Shown: positions 51,401 to 60,269 of the stretch, in pieces
Layout: the number at the start of each line of letters is the position of its first letter
Numbering within the stretch: the stretch's first letter is position 1
Assembly: GCA_963824995.1 (NCBI GenBank)
Contig: CAWGRK010000005.1
Coordinates: 1-64,000 of the forward strand
Direction of reading: 5' to 3'
Length of the DNA: 64,000 bases
Origin: an uncultured Actinomycetes bacterium
Lineage (GTDB): Bacteria > Actinomycetota > Acidimicrobiia > Spongiisociales > DATADW01
Notes under the pieces: model-generated
Database searches by the model: none
What the model saw: the letters and a program-made list of their open reading frames with translations, nothing else
What the model was told of the DNA's origin: nothing
Translations under genes and position numbers: made by a program

Positions 51401-51741
51401 GTGTGGTTCGGATCAACGTGATCGAGATCCCGGAGGGACGGGGCGAAGAACTGGAAAGGCGCTTTGCCAATCGGGCCGGGGCGGTGGATCGAGCACCGGG
51501 TTTTCTCGGCTTCGAGCTGCTTCGACCTACCGATGGCGGGACCAGCTATTTCGTATACACCCGTTGGGAGTCCGACGCTGCCTTCGAGGCCTGGCGTTCG
51601 AGTGCCGCATTCGGCAGCGGGCACGCCCAACACACGGCAGAGGGTCCGGTTGGCACCGGCTCCGACCTGCTCAGCTTCGACGTCGTCATCGAGTCGAAAG
51701 GCGCTCAGCCGGCCAGCGAGGGGATCACAGACTCGCCGTAG
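51397..51741 (+). CDS. mhuD: Heme-degrading monooxygenase, MhuD/IsdG-type ABM fold
   Basis: VVRINVIEIP...ELERRFANRAGAV...PGFLGFELLRP...WESDAAFEAW...GH; Asn/Trp/His pattern of MhuD; ATGA overlap with the HTTM gene. Confidence 0.8.
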   Translation: MSVVRINVIEIPEGRGEELERRFANRAGAVDRAPGFLGFELLRPTDGGTSYFVYTRWESDAAFEAWRSSAAFGSGHAQHTAEGPVGTGSDLLSFDVVIESKGAQPASEGITDSP

Positions 51742-52712
51742 GCCTCGAGCGTGGCGTCGGCATCGTCATGCATCAGGTAGAGGGCGAAGTGGTCTACCCC
51801 GAGACCGCGGAGTTCCTCGAGCCGCTCGATGTGCCGGCTCGCAGGGCCAAGGATGCAGAACCTGTCGACGATGTCGTCCGGGACGAAATCCGTGCTGGGG
51901 TTGCCCGCCCGGCCATGGTGGGAGTAGTCGTAATCCTGTCGCCCTCTGATGTACGAGGAGAGAGCGGCGGGGACCCTGCTCTCGTCGGCGCCGTACCGGC
52001 TGACCAGGTCAACCACGTGGTTGCCGACCATCCCCCCGAACCAGCGGAGTTGCTCGCGCTGGTGCTCGATGTCGTCGCCAACATATGCAGGCGCCGCCAC
52101 GCAGATGGTCACCTCCGCCGGGTCGCGCCCGGCCGCCGCCGCCGCCTGCCTGACCGCTCCAGCGGTCCACTGCAACAGTTGTGGGTCGGCCAGTTGGAGG
52201 ATGAACCCGTCCGCCTCCCGCCCGGCCAACTCGAGCGCTTTTGGCCCGTACCCGGCCACCCACATGGGGAGGTCCCACCCACCTTCGGGTACCCAGGGGA
52301 GGCGCAACTCCGTGTCGCGCAATGTCACCGACTCTCCGGCAACCAGTCTCTTGATCACACTCATCGATGCCGACATCGTGGCCAGGGTTGTTGGTGGGCG
52401 GCCGATGTACCTCAGTGCCGAGTCCCCCCGACCCATCCCGCAGATGGTCCGAGGCCCGTGCATCTCGTCGAGCGTGGCGAACAGCGAAGCCAGCACCGTC
52501 CAATCGCGGGTCCCGGGATTGGTCACCATCGGCCCGACGATCATCCGCTCGGTCGCGGCGAGCATCGCCGAGTAGATGACGAAGGGTTCCTCCCACAGGA
52601 CATGCGAGTCGAATGTCCACCCATGGGTGAACCCGAGCGTCTCGGCCCTGACGGCAGTCTCGATCACCCGGCTCGCCGGTGGGTTCGTCTGGAGTACCAC
52701 CCCGAAATCCAC
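51705..52712 (-). CDS. LLM-class F420-dependent oxidoreductase (TIGR03842-like)
   Basis: MDFGVVLQTNPPA, WTFDSHVLWEEP, GPMVTNPGTRDWTV, GRGDSA, WFGGMVGNHV, YDYSHHGRAGN. Confidence 0.88.
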   Translation of the reverse strand: MDFGVVLQTNPPASRVIETAVRAETLGFTHGWTFDSHVLWEEPFVIYSAMLAATERMIVGPMVTNPGTRDWTVLASLFATLDEMHGPRTICGMGRGDSALRYIGRPPTTLATMSASMSVIKRLVAGESVTLRDTELRLPWVPEGGWDLPMWVAGYGPKALELAGREADGFILQLADPQLLQWTAGAVRQAAAAAGRDPAEVTICVAAPAYVGDDIEHQREQLRWFGGMVGNHVVDLVSRYGADESRVPAALSSYIRGRQDYDYSHHGRAGNPSTDFVPDDIVDRFCILGPASRHIERLEELRGLGVDHFALYLMHDDADATLEAYGESVIPSLAG

Positions 52713-52830
52713 CAGCCGAACCTTATGCCGTCGTATGGGGCTCACGGCAGCTCTTCATCAGGAATGCTGCCCGGGGTGGCCATCGTGCTTGCTCGATTGC
52801 CCGCCGGCGGTCCCGACCGGCGGGGGTGCG

Positions 52831-53016
52831 CTAAGCCACCCGGTCGTCCACCAAGCCGGCGTTCACCCGGTCCAACGGCATGAAGAACCAATGGCCGTCA
52901 TCACACTCGACAGTCCCGTGCAATGCGGGACCTTGCGTCGACGGAAGCATTCTGACCTCGCCGAGCGATGCCAAGGCGGCACAGCCCGGTTCGGGGCACT
53001 CGACTCTCTCGGTCAC
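52831..53016 (-). CDS. Small Cys/His putative zinc-binding protein
   Basis: SD GAGAGGA; CPEPGC...STQGP...H...CDDGHWF; 61 aa. Confidence 0.65.
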   Translation of the reverse strand: MTERVECPEPGCAALASLGEVRMLPSTQGPALHGTVECDDGHWFFMPLDRVNAGLVDDRVA

Positions 53017-53082
53017 TTCTCGATCCTCTCGTCGATCCGTTCCCGCTCTTGGCGGGCTCTGATACGGATCTACTCAGCGGCG

Positions 53083-53110
53083 CGTGTCGAAATCGTTTCT
53101 CGGCCGTGTT
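53083..53110. promoter_or_regulatory. Three direct repeats at 11 bp spacing (CGTGTC/CGTTTC/CGTGTT), candidate SARP binding site
   Basis: Starts at 53083, 53094 and 53105, between the divergent SARP gene and the small Cys/His gene. Confidence 0.45.
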
Positions 53111-53219
53111 TGCGCCGACGCCGTCTGCTTCCAACCGATGTGGCCCAGGTTCGAATGTCCCGACTAGCCTCGACTCAGGCTCCCCGACGAGCTAGTACCT
53201 CACCAATCGAGCCGTAGCC

Positions 53220-56200
53220 ATGGTCGAGCAGTTGAGGATTCGAGCGCTCGGTCCCCCCCACATCACCGTGGGCGATCGGATCGTGACCGATTTGATCCCC
53301 GCCAAGGGCAGAGCCCTCCTGGTCCGCCTCGCGCTCGCCGAAGCGCCCAAGGGCAGGTCTGAGCTGGCCGGGCTGTTGTGGAGCGACTTCGACGAGACTG
53401 CCGCTAGGGGAAATCTGCGCCTCACCCTGAGTCGCCTGCGCAAGGTCCTCCCGGATCATCTCGAAGTCACTCGAGGGACCGTCGGACTGATTGCCGGATC
53501 GGTTTCCACCGACGTTGGGCGGCTCGAGGATCTTGCCGCGGCGCGGAGAGGTCGACGAGCTAGACCCGAGGCTTCCGATCTACGGAGGCGATTTCCTGGG
53601 CGACTTCTCGGTCGCCGGCGCCGAGTTGTTTGACGAGTGGGCATCGCGAAAGCGATCCGAGCTACGCGCCACCGCTCTCGGGTTACTCGACACGATCGTG
53701 ACCGCGGCACGGGCGGCCACCGACACAGATCGCGGCATCGCGGCCGCCCGGAGGATCCTCGAGCTCGAGCCGTGGCACGAAGACGCGCACCGGGCATTGA
53801 TGTGGTTCTTCGCCGCCGCCAACCAGCGAAGCGCCGCACTAGCCCAGTTCGAGACATGCCGCCACGTCCTGGCCGAGGAGCTCGGAGTCGATCCCGACGC
53901 GACCACCATGGCGCTGGCCGATGACATCCAGCGGCGGGTCGGCTTCGACCCTGCGCTCGAGCGGGTTCGAGTGCAGACCGCATCCTCGCTCGTCGGGCGC
54001 GACGATGAGATCGCCCGGCTCCACGCCCTCCTCGACGATCCGTCGTGCCGGATGGTGACCATCGTCGGACCGGGGGGTATTGGAAAGACCGTGCTGGCGC
54101 GGGAGCTTGCGAGTATGCGAGCGACCCGGCATCGCAGCGGTGTGGTCACGGTGTCCTTGGTCGGCACCCGAGCGGCCCACAGCGAGAACGCCTCACCTCT
54201 CGTGATCGCCGGGCTGGCGTCGGCGTTGGGAGTCTCCCTTCGATCGGAGCGGGACCCCCAGGACCTGCTCGCCGAACGACTTCGGTCCGAGGACATGTTG
54301 CTGTTCATCGACAACTTCGAGCAGGTGGTGAGCGCGGCATCGGTCCTGGGGTCGCTCCTGGCCGTTGCTCCCGGCGTCCAGATGCTGGTCACCTCGCGGC
54401 GGCGAGTCGGTGCCGGCCCGGAATGGGTCTTCGAGCTTGGAGGACTTGCCTGTCCGCCGCCCGAGGAAGCTGCCGACCTCCACAGGTATGACGCGGTCAA
54501 GCTCTTCGAAGCAAGGGCGCAGCGCCTCGGGGGGGCGAGCTCAGCCGACCAGGCGACTGTGGGGAGAATCACCCGCCTCGTCGAAGGCGTGCCGCTCTCC
54601 ATCGAGCTGGCGGCCAGGTGGGTTCGAGCCGCCACCCTCGAGCAGATCGAACAGGATCTCGCTCGGGACATCGACATGCTCGCCACCGCCGACCCCGACG
54701 TCGAGCCACGGCATCGCAGCGTCCGGTCGGTGTTCGAGTGGTCATGGTCGCTTCTCGATCCGACCCAGCAGGCGTTGCTGGCTCGGCTGTCCGTGCTCCG
54801 GGGCCGGTTCGATGCAGCCACGGCGGTTGGCGCCGCCGACGCCGACCTCGGCGGCCTAGCTGCGTTGGTTGACCATTCGCTGCTGCAGATGGACGAGAGC
54901 GGTCTCTACTCGTTGCATGAGCAGCTGCGGCAGTTCGCCTCGTCAAAGCTCGCTGCCGATCCCGACACCGATGCCGAGGTCCGCCGTCGCCACGCCGACT
55001 ACTTCCGCGACCGGGCGGTGCTATGGACCGAACTGTCTTCCGAGGGTGGGCCAACCGCCGATGACCTCGACAATCTGCGGGCAGCAACCACCTGGATGAT
55101 CGACCATGGCGATATCAGTGAGCTCGACGCCCACATCGATACGGTGTGGCACGTCTACCGGCTCAGGGGGTGGTACCGGGAGACTGTCGCCACTCTCAGC
55201 GTCGCGGTCGAGCGACCGGACGCCACCGCCAATTTCAAGGCCCGCTGTCATCTTCTCATCGCCGAGGCTTATCGTCAGATAGGCGACCTCGCCGAGGCCA
55301 TAGAGGCGGCGGCTCGCACCCTGAGTGTGCTCGGCAGACAGGTGCCGCGGACGTCGGCCGGTTGGTCTGCCCGGACGTTCGGCGAGACGACGCGCCAGAT
55401 CGGACATCGAGCGCTCTTGGGTAAAACCCTCGCCACCTCGGGGGAGCGCCGGCGGTCAGCTTCGCTCAGAGCCGGCGCTTTGATCCTGATAGGCGAGATG
55501 CTGAACGTCTTGGAGAACAAGAGGCTGGCTACCGCCGGGTTGTGGAGCCTCAACGAAGCGGAGCGCTCCGGGTCGGCTGCGAAAATTGCCCAGGCCGGCA
55601 CCGGGATCGGGTTCGGGATGGCGGTCACCGGATCACATCGCCTGGCCAACTGGTACGCGCAGCGAGGCCTGCGCGCCGCCGAGACGGCAGGTGCCGACGC
55701 CGCCGCCTTTTCCAGGATGGTGGCGGGCACCTTCTTCTTCAACGAGGGCCAATGGGAGCAGGCGCGTGCCGTGCTGCCGCTGGCCATGGAACAGGGCCGT
55801 CAGACCGGGATGCGCCGACTCGAGGATATGTCGCAGCTGGTTTTCGGTTTCGTCGCGATGCACACCGGCTTCCTCGACGATGCCGTGGCCATCGCACGAC
55901 AAATAGCCGAGTCGGGTCGGAATCGGGGCCACCCCGGCACCCACGTGTGGGGCGCGGTTTGCACGGTCGAATGGCTGATCCGAGCGGGCCGCTGGGTGGA
56001 GGCCGAGTCGTGCCTGAGCGACGCGACCGCAGCGGCGGCGAAGGCAGGGCAACGAGTGGACACCGCCCGGGTGCTTGCTGCTGCGGCCCGGATCAACCTC
56101 CGTCACGGGGACTTCCGAGGAACATGGGCAGCCATCGAGGGAGCCGAGGCCGCGCTGGGGGGCCAGGCGGCGCTCGTTCCTTGGGGACTGGAGGCCCACG

Positions 56201-56883
56201 CTGGGATCGCCGAGGTGGCGCTGGAACTGTTTGACGCCGGACTGCCCCCAGGGGTCACCGACGCTCAAGCGGAACGAGCCGTGAAACGCGGCCTGAGTCT
56301 GCTGCGTGGCTTCGTCAAAGGGGTTCCCATCGGCCGGCCCCGGCTCCAACTGGTCAGAGCTGGTTACGCAGCCCATCGAGGACGGCGAAGGACGGCCATG
56401 CGGTGGTGGGTATCGGCGGCCACGGAGGCAGCCGGCATGGGCATGCCTTGGGAAGAGGCGCGCGCCCACCAACGCCTTGCAGAGGCGCTCGGTGTTGACG
56501 AGCGCTCAACGCTGGGACTCGACCGGGGCGGTCACAAGCGCCGAGCGGTGGATCTGCTGGCTTCGATGGGTGTGGTCTCGCCAGAAGAGGACGCTCGTGC
56601 TGTCAGCGGATTCGCTGGCGGGAGTGCCGGGGGGCAACCGATCGCAGCGGGTTCGGAGGGTATGAGACCCATCCGGATAGATGATCCCGGCTCTCTCAGC
56701 GGTGTTGCGGAAAACCGAGGTCCACGCCGCGGTGGATCGGGTCGGGCCAGCGGCCGATCACCACCTTTGGTCTGCTGTAGAAGCGGACCCCGTCGGGGCC
56801 GTATATGGCGTGATCGCCGAAGATCGAGTTCTTCCAACCGCCGAACGAGTAGAAGCTCAACGGGACCGGTATCGGGACGTTGA
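53220..56883 (+). CDS. AfsR/SARP-type regulator (wHTH-BTAD-NB-ARC ATPase-TPR), frameshifted near 53540
   Basis: IRALGPP, LAGLLWSD..ARGNLRLTLSRLRK; BTAD LELEPWHEDAHRALM..ELGVDP; GPGGIGKT, IDNFE, TSRR, GVPLSIELAA; 3' end overlaps mmsA by 188 nt and is uncertain. Confidence 0.85.
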
Positions 56884-58189
56884 TCCCCACCATCCCCACC
56901 TGTATCTCGTTCTGGAACTTCCTCGCCGCGCCACCGTCGTTGGTGAAGACCGCGGTCCCATTTCCGTATGGGTTGCTGTTGACCAGGTCGATGGCTTCCT
57001 CGTAGTGGTCCACCCTCACCACGCTCAGCACCGGCCCGAAGATCTCGTCCCGGTAGATCGACATGTCCGGGGTGACCTGGTCGAAGAGACACGGGCCGAG
57101 GAAGAAGCCGTCCTCGTGCCCGCTGACCTTGAGGTCCCTCCCGTCCTCGACCAGATGCGCTCCCTCGTCGATCCCCTTGTCTACGTACCCGGTGACCTTG
57201 TCGCGGTGCTCGGCGGTGATCAGCGGCCCCATCTCGGCGTCCGGGTCGAGACCGCTGCCCACGGTGAGCTCGCCGATGCGCGCCCGCATCGCGCTCAGCA
57301 GCGAATCGCCGGCGTCGCCCACGGTGACCACCACCGATATCGCCATGCAACGTTCACCCGCCGACCCGTACCCGGCGGAGACGGCGGCATCGGCAGCCAG
57401 TTCCATGTCGGCGTCGGGGAGCACCACCATGTGGTTCTTGGCCCCGCCCAGCGCCTGGACGCGCTTGCCATGGGCGGTCCCCGTCTCGTAGATGTACCGG
57501 GCGATCGGGGTGGAGCCGACGAAGCTGACCGCGGCGATGTCGGGGTGCTCGAGGATGCGGTCCACCGCCACCTTGTCACCGTGGACCACGTTGAAGACTC
57601 CGTCGGGCAGCCCGGCTTCGGCGAGCAACTCGGCGCAGAAGATGGAGGCCGACGGGTCCTTCTCTGACGGCTTGAGCACGAACGTGTTGCCGCAGGCGAT
57701 GGCGATCGGGTACATCCACATCGGGACCATGGCGGGGAAGTTGAACGGGGTTATCCCGGCGACGACCCCGAGCGGCTGGCGGATCATGTAGGTGTCGACT
57801 CCGCGCGACACGTTCTCGGAGTAGTCGCCCTTGAGCAGGTGGGGGATACCGCAGGCGAACTCGATCACCTCCAAGCCGCGCTGCACCTCGCCGAGGGCAT
57901 CTGCGAGCGTCTTGCCATGCTCCGTGGTGAGGATCCGGGCGATGTCCTCTTTGTGCTCCACCGCGAGGCGGCGGAATTCGAACATGACATTGGCCCGTGT
58001 TGTGAGGGCGCTGTCCTTCCAACTCCCGAATGCGGCTTTGGCGGCGGCGACGGCCTCGTCGACAACATCGGCTGAGGCGAAAGCAACTTCAGCCTGGATC
58101 TGACCTGAAGCCGGGTCGAACACGGGCCCGGTGCGTTCCGGCGTCCCATCCCAGGGTTTGCCGTTGATCCAGTGGTTGATCAGCTTCAC
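56696..58189 (-). CDS. mmsA: CoA-acylating (methyl)malonate-semialdehyde dehydrogenase
   Basis: GITPFNFPAMVPMW, KPSEKDP, SFVGSTPIA, ALGGAKNH, GSAGERCMA, GINVPIPVP. Confidence 0.95.
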   Translation of the reverse strand: MKLINHWINGKPWDGTPERTGPVFDPASGQIQAEVAFASADVVDEAVAAAKAAFGSWKDSALTTRANVMFEFRRLAVEHKEDIARILTTEHGKTLADALGEVQRGLEVIEFACGIPHLLKGDYSENVSRGVDTYMIRQPLGVVAGITPFNFPAMVPMWMYPIAIACGNTFVLKPSEKDPSASIFCAELLAEAGLPDGVFNVVHGDKVAVDRILEHPDIAAVSFVGSTPIARYIYETGTAHGKRVQALGGAKNHMVVLPDADMELAADAAVSAGYGSAGERCMAISVVVTVGDAGDSLLSAMRARIGELTVGSGLDPDAEMGPLITAEHRDKVTGYVDKGIDEGAHLVEDGRDLKVSGHEDGFFLGPCLFDQVTPDMSIYRDEIFGPVLSVVRVDHYEEAIDLVNSNPYGNGTAVFTNDGGAARKFQNEIQVGMVGINVPIPVPLSFYSFGGWKNSIFGDHAIYGPDGVRFYSRPKVVIGRWPDPIHRGVDLGFPQHR

Positions 58190-58245
58190 AGTGTCCTCCG
58201 GCTCGCTCCGAGCCTAGGACGGCTGACCGATGAGAGGGAACCCGC

Positions 58246-59658
58246 TCAGATCAGGTATTGATTGGTCTCACGGGGCAGGTAGCGTCCGTCGCCGGGCGAA
58301 CCGTGGTATTCGCCGTCGGCGATGACCACCTTGCCTCTGGAGAAAACGGTGTCGATCGAGCCGGCGACCTCCATGCCCTCGTAACACGAGTAGTCGGTGC
58401 GCATGTGTTGGGTCTCGGCGGAGATGACCATGGGACGATCCGGGTCGAACACGACGATGTCTGCATCGGATCCCACCGCGATCGTGCCCTTGCTCGGGTA
58501 GAGCCCGAACATCCTCGCCGGTGTGGTGGCGCACACCTCGACCCAGCGGTTGATCGAGAGACGCTCCTCGGCGACGGCTCCGTGGTAGATGAGCTGCATG
58601 CGGTGCTCCACCCCGGGCAGTCCGTTGGGGATCTTGGAGAAATCGCCCTCTCCGAGGCGCTTCTGTCTCCCCAATTCGGGGTGGTCGTCGAAACAGAATG
58701 GGCAGTGGTCGGTGGACACCACCTGCAGATCGTTGCTCGCCAGCCCGGCCCACAGAGCCTCTTGATGACCCTCGGCTCGGTCGCGGAGAGGCGGGGAGCA
58801 CACGAACTTGGCGCCCTCGAAGCCGTTGCCAAGGTCGTCCAGCTCGAGGAAGAGGTACTGCGGGCATGTCTCGGCAAAGACGTTGCTCGCCATGTCGCGG
58901 GCGATGGCTACTTCTTCGAGCGCTTCCTGCGCCGAGAGGTGGACGATGTAGAGCGGGCACCCCGCAACCTCTGCCAACTTGATCGCACGATGCGTCGCCT
59001 CGCCCTCGAGCACCGATCGGCGGACGAGACCGTGGTGGATCGGATCGGTCTCGCCACGGGCCAGCGCCTGCTCGATCAGCACGTCGATGGCGATGCCGTT
59101 CTCGGCGTGCATCATGATCGTCGAGCCGTTCTCGGCGGCCTTCTGCATTGCGCGGAGGATCTCTCCGTCGGTCGAGTAGAAGACGCCGGGGTACGCCATG
59201 AACATCTTGAACGAGGTGACGCCCTCGTCCATGGCCAGGTCCATTTCTTTCAGTGACTGCTCGGTGACGTCGCCGACGATGAGATGGAACCCGTAGTCGA
59301 TGGCGCAGTTTCCCTCGGCCTTCGCCATCCAGGCCTCGAAGCCCTCCATCAGCGATTGACCCTTGGTCTGAACGGCGAAGTCGACGATGGTGGTCGTCCC
59401 GCCCCACGCCGCCGCCCGGGTGCCTGTCTCGAAGCTGTCCGAGGCCGCCGTGCCACCGAAGGGGAGCTCCATGTGGGTGTGGACATCGATCCCGCCAGGG
59501 ACGACGTACTTGCCGATGGCGTCGATGGTGTGGTCGGTCGTTCCTTCGAAGCTTCCCGGCGCCAGCACCGCGGCGACCTGTTCGTCCTCGATCAGCACGT
59601 CGGCCGCAGTGCTGTCGGTGGCGGTGACCACGGTGCCACCGGCGATCAGGGTGCGCAT
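58246..59658 (-). CDS. hydA: Dihydropyrimidinase
   Basis: SD GGAGG; PGGIDVHTH, GGTTTIVDF, SFKMFMAY, HAENG, ETCPQY, STDHCPF, KIPNGLPGVEHR. Confidence 0.95.
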   Translation of the reverse strand: MRTLIAGGTVVTATDSTAADVLIEDEQVAAVLAPGSFEGTTDHTIDAIGKYVVPGGIDVHTHMELPFGGTAASDSFETGTRAAAWGGTTTIVDFAVQTKGQSLMEGFEAWMAKAEGNCAIDYGFHLIVGDVTEQSLKEMDLAMDEGVTSFKMFMAYPGVFYSTDGEILRAMQKAAENGSTIMMHAENGIAIDVLIEQALARGETDPIHHGLVRRSVLEGEATHRAIKLAEVAGCPLYIVHLSAQEALEEVAIARDMASNVFAETCPQYLFLELDDLGNGFEGAKFVCSPPLRDRAEGHQEALWAGLASNDLQVVSTDHCPFCFDDHPELGRQKRLGEGDFSKIPNGLPGVEHRMQLIYHGAVAEERLSINRWVEVCATTPARMFGLYPSKGTIAVGSDADIVVFDPDRPMVISAETQHMRTDYSCYEGMEVAGSIDTVFSRGKVVIADGEYHGSPGDGRYLPRETNQYLI

Positions 59659-59759
59659 GAACCCTCCTCGGTCTCCTCCGGCCAACTTACTCCGGGGAGG
59701 GCCGAAGCTGTCCCGTGCCCGAGGCTCTAAACCTGGTCACCCTGCGGGCGTGGCGTCGT

Positions 59760-60143
59760 TCAACGCTGGAGGAGCCTGGTGAACCCGGCACGAAGCACAG
59801 GATGCAGGACGACATTGAGGCCTTCGATGCCATGGTTCGCCCACTCCGTGACCCATGGGCTGGGTGGCCCACAGAGCTCCACGCTTTCGACGTCGACGTA
59901 GTCAAACGTTTCCCCGACCTTCTCCCCAAGGAGCTTGAGGTGGTACTCCATCGACTCGGCGTCGGGATGCACCTGAACCACCACTGACATCGAGTGGTCG
60001 TCGGATTCGTAGATGTTGAAGGCGAGGAGCCGCGGTTCCTTCTCCTCGACCACCGGAACAAAGTCTTCGCACCACGCCGAGTAGGCCTCGGCTTTGCCCG
60101 GCTTGGTACGTGATCTGCTGATGACGATGAATGGACCTGTCAT
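59760..60143 (-). CDS. Dimeric alpha/beta barrel (ABM-like) protein
   Basis: SD GGAGGG; KPGKAEAY...VEEKEPRLLAFNIY...VQVHPDAESMEYH. Confidence 0.7.
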   Translation of the reverse strand: MTGPFIVISRSRTKPGKAEAYSAWCEDFVPVVEEKEPRLLAFNIYESDDHSMSVVVQVHPDAESMEYHLKLLGEKVGETFDYVDVESVELCGPPSPWVTEWANHGIEGLNVVLHPVLRAGFTRLLQR

Positions 60144-60211
60144 GGCTCACTCCCTCCGTACGTCGGTGCCGATGACGACTCCTCCGACCGTATGGCGTGG
60201 GCCGCCTCATT

Positions 60212-60231
60212 ACATCTGTCGCATGACGTAT
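60212..60231 (-). promoter_or_regulatory. Putative LuxR-family binding site ATACGTCATGCGACAGATGT
   Basis: Between the LuxR-ATPase stop and the ABM-like gene, upstream of a -10-like TACGGT; 15/20 identical to 4659-4678. Confidence 0.5.
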
Positions 60232-60269
60232 TTCCGGGCGAGGGCACGGCTGCGGCCGGGTTGACTGCC

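Noticed and set aside
53140..53165. GGTTCGAAT resembling a tRNA T-loop or att site
   Set aside because: The flanks do not pair into a T-stem, and there is no cloverleaf, CCA end or integrase.
58193..58220. Hairpin covering the mmsA Shine-Dalgarno as a riboswitch or thermometer
   Set aside because: A single short stem in a 56 nt gap with no aptamer features; GC-rich stems arise easily by chance.
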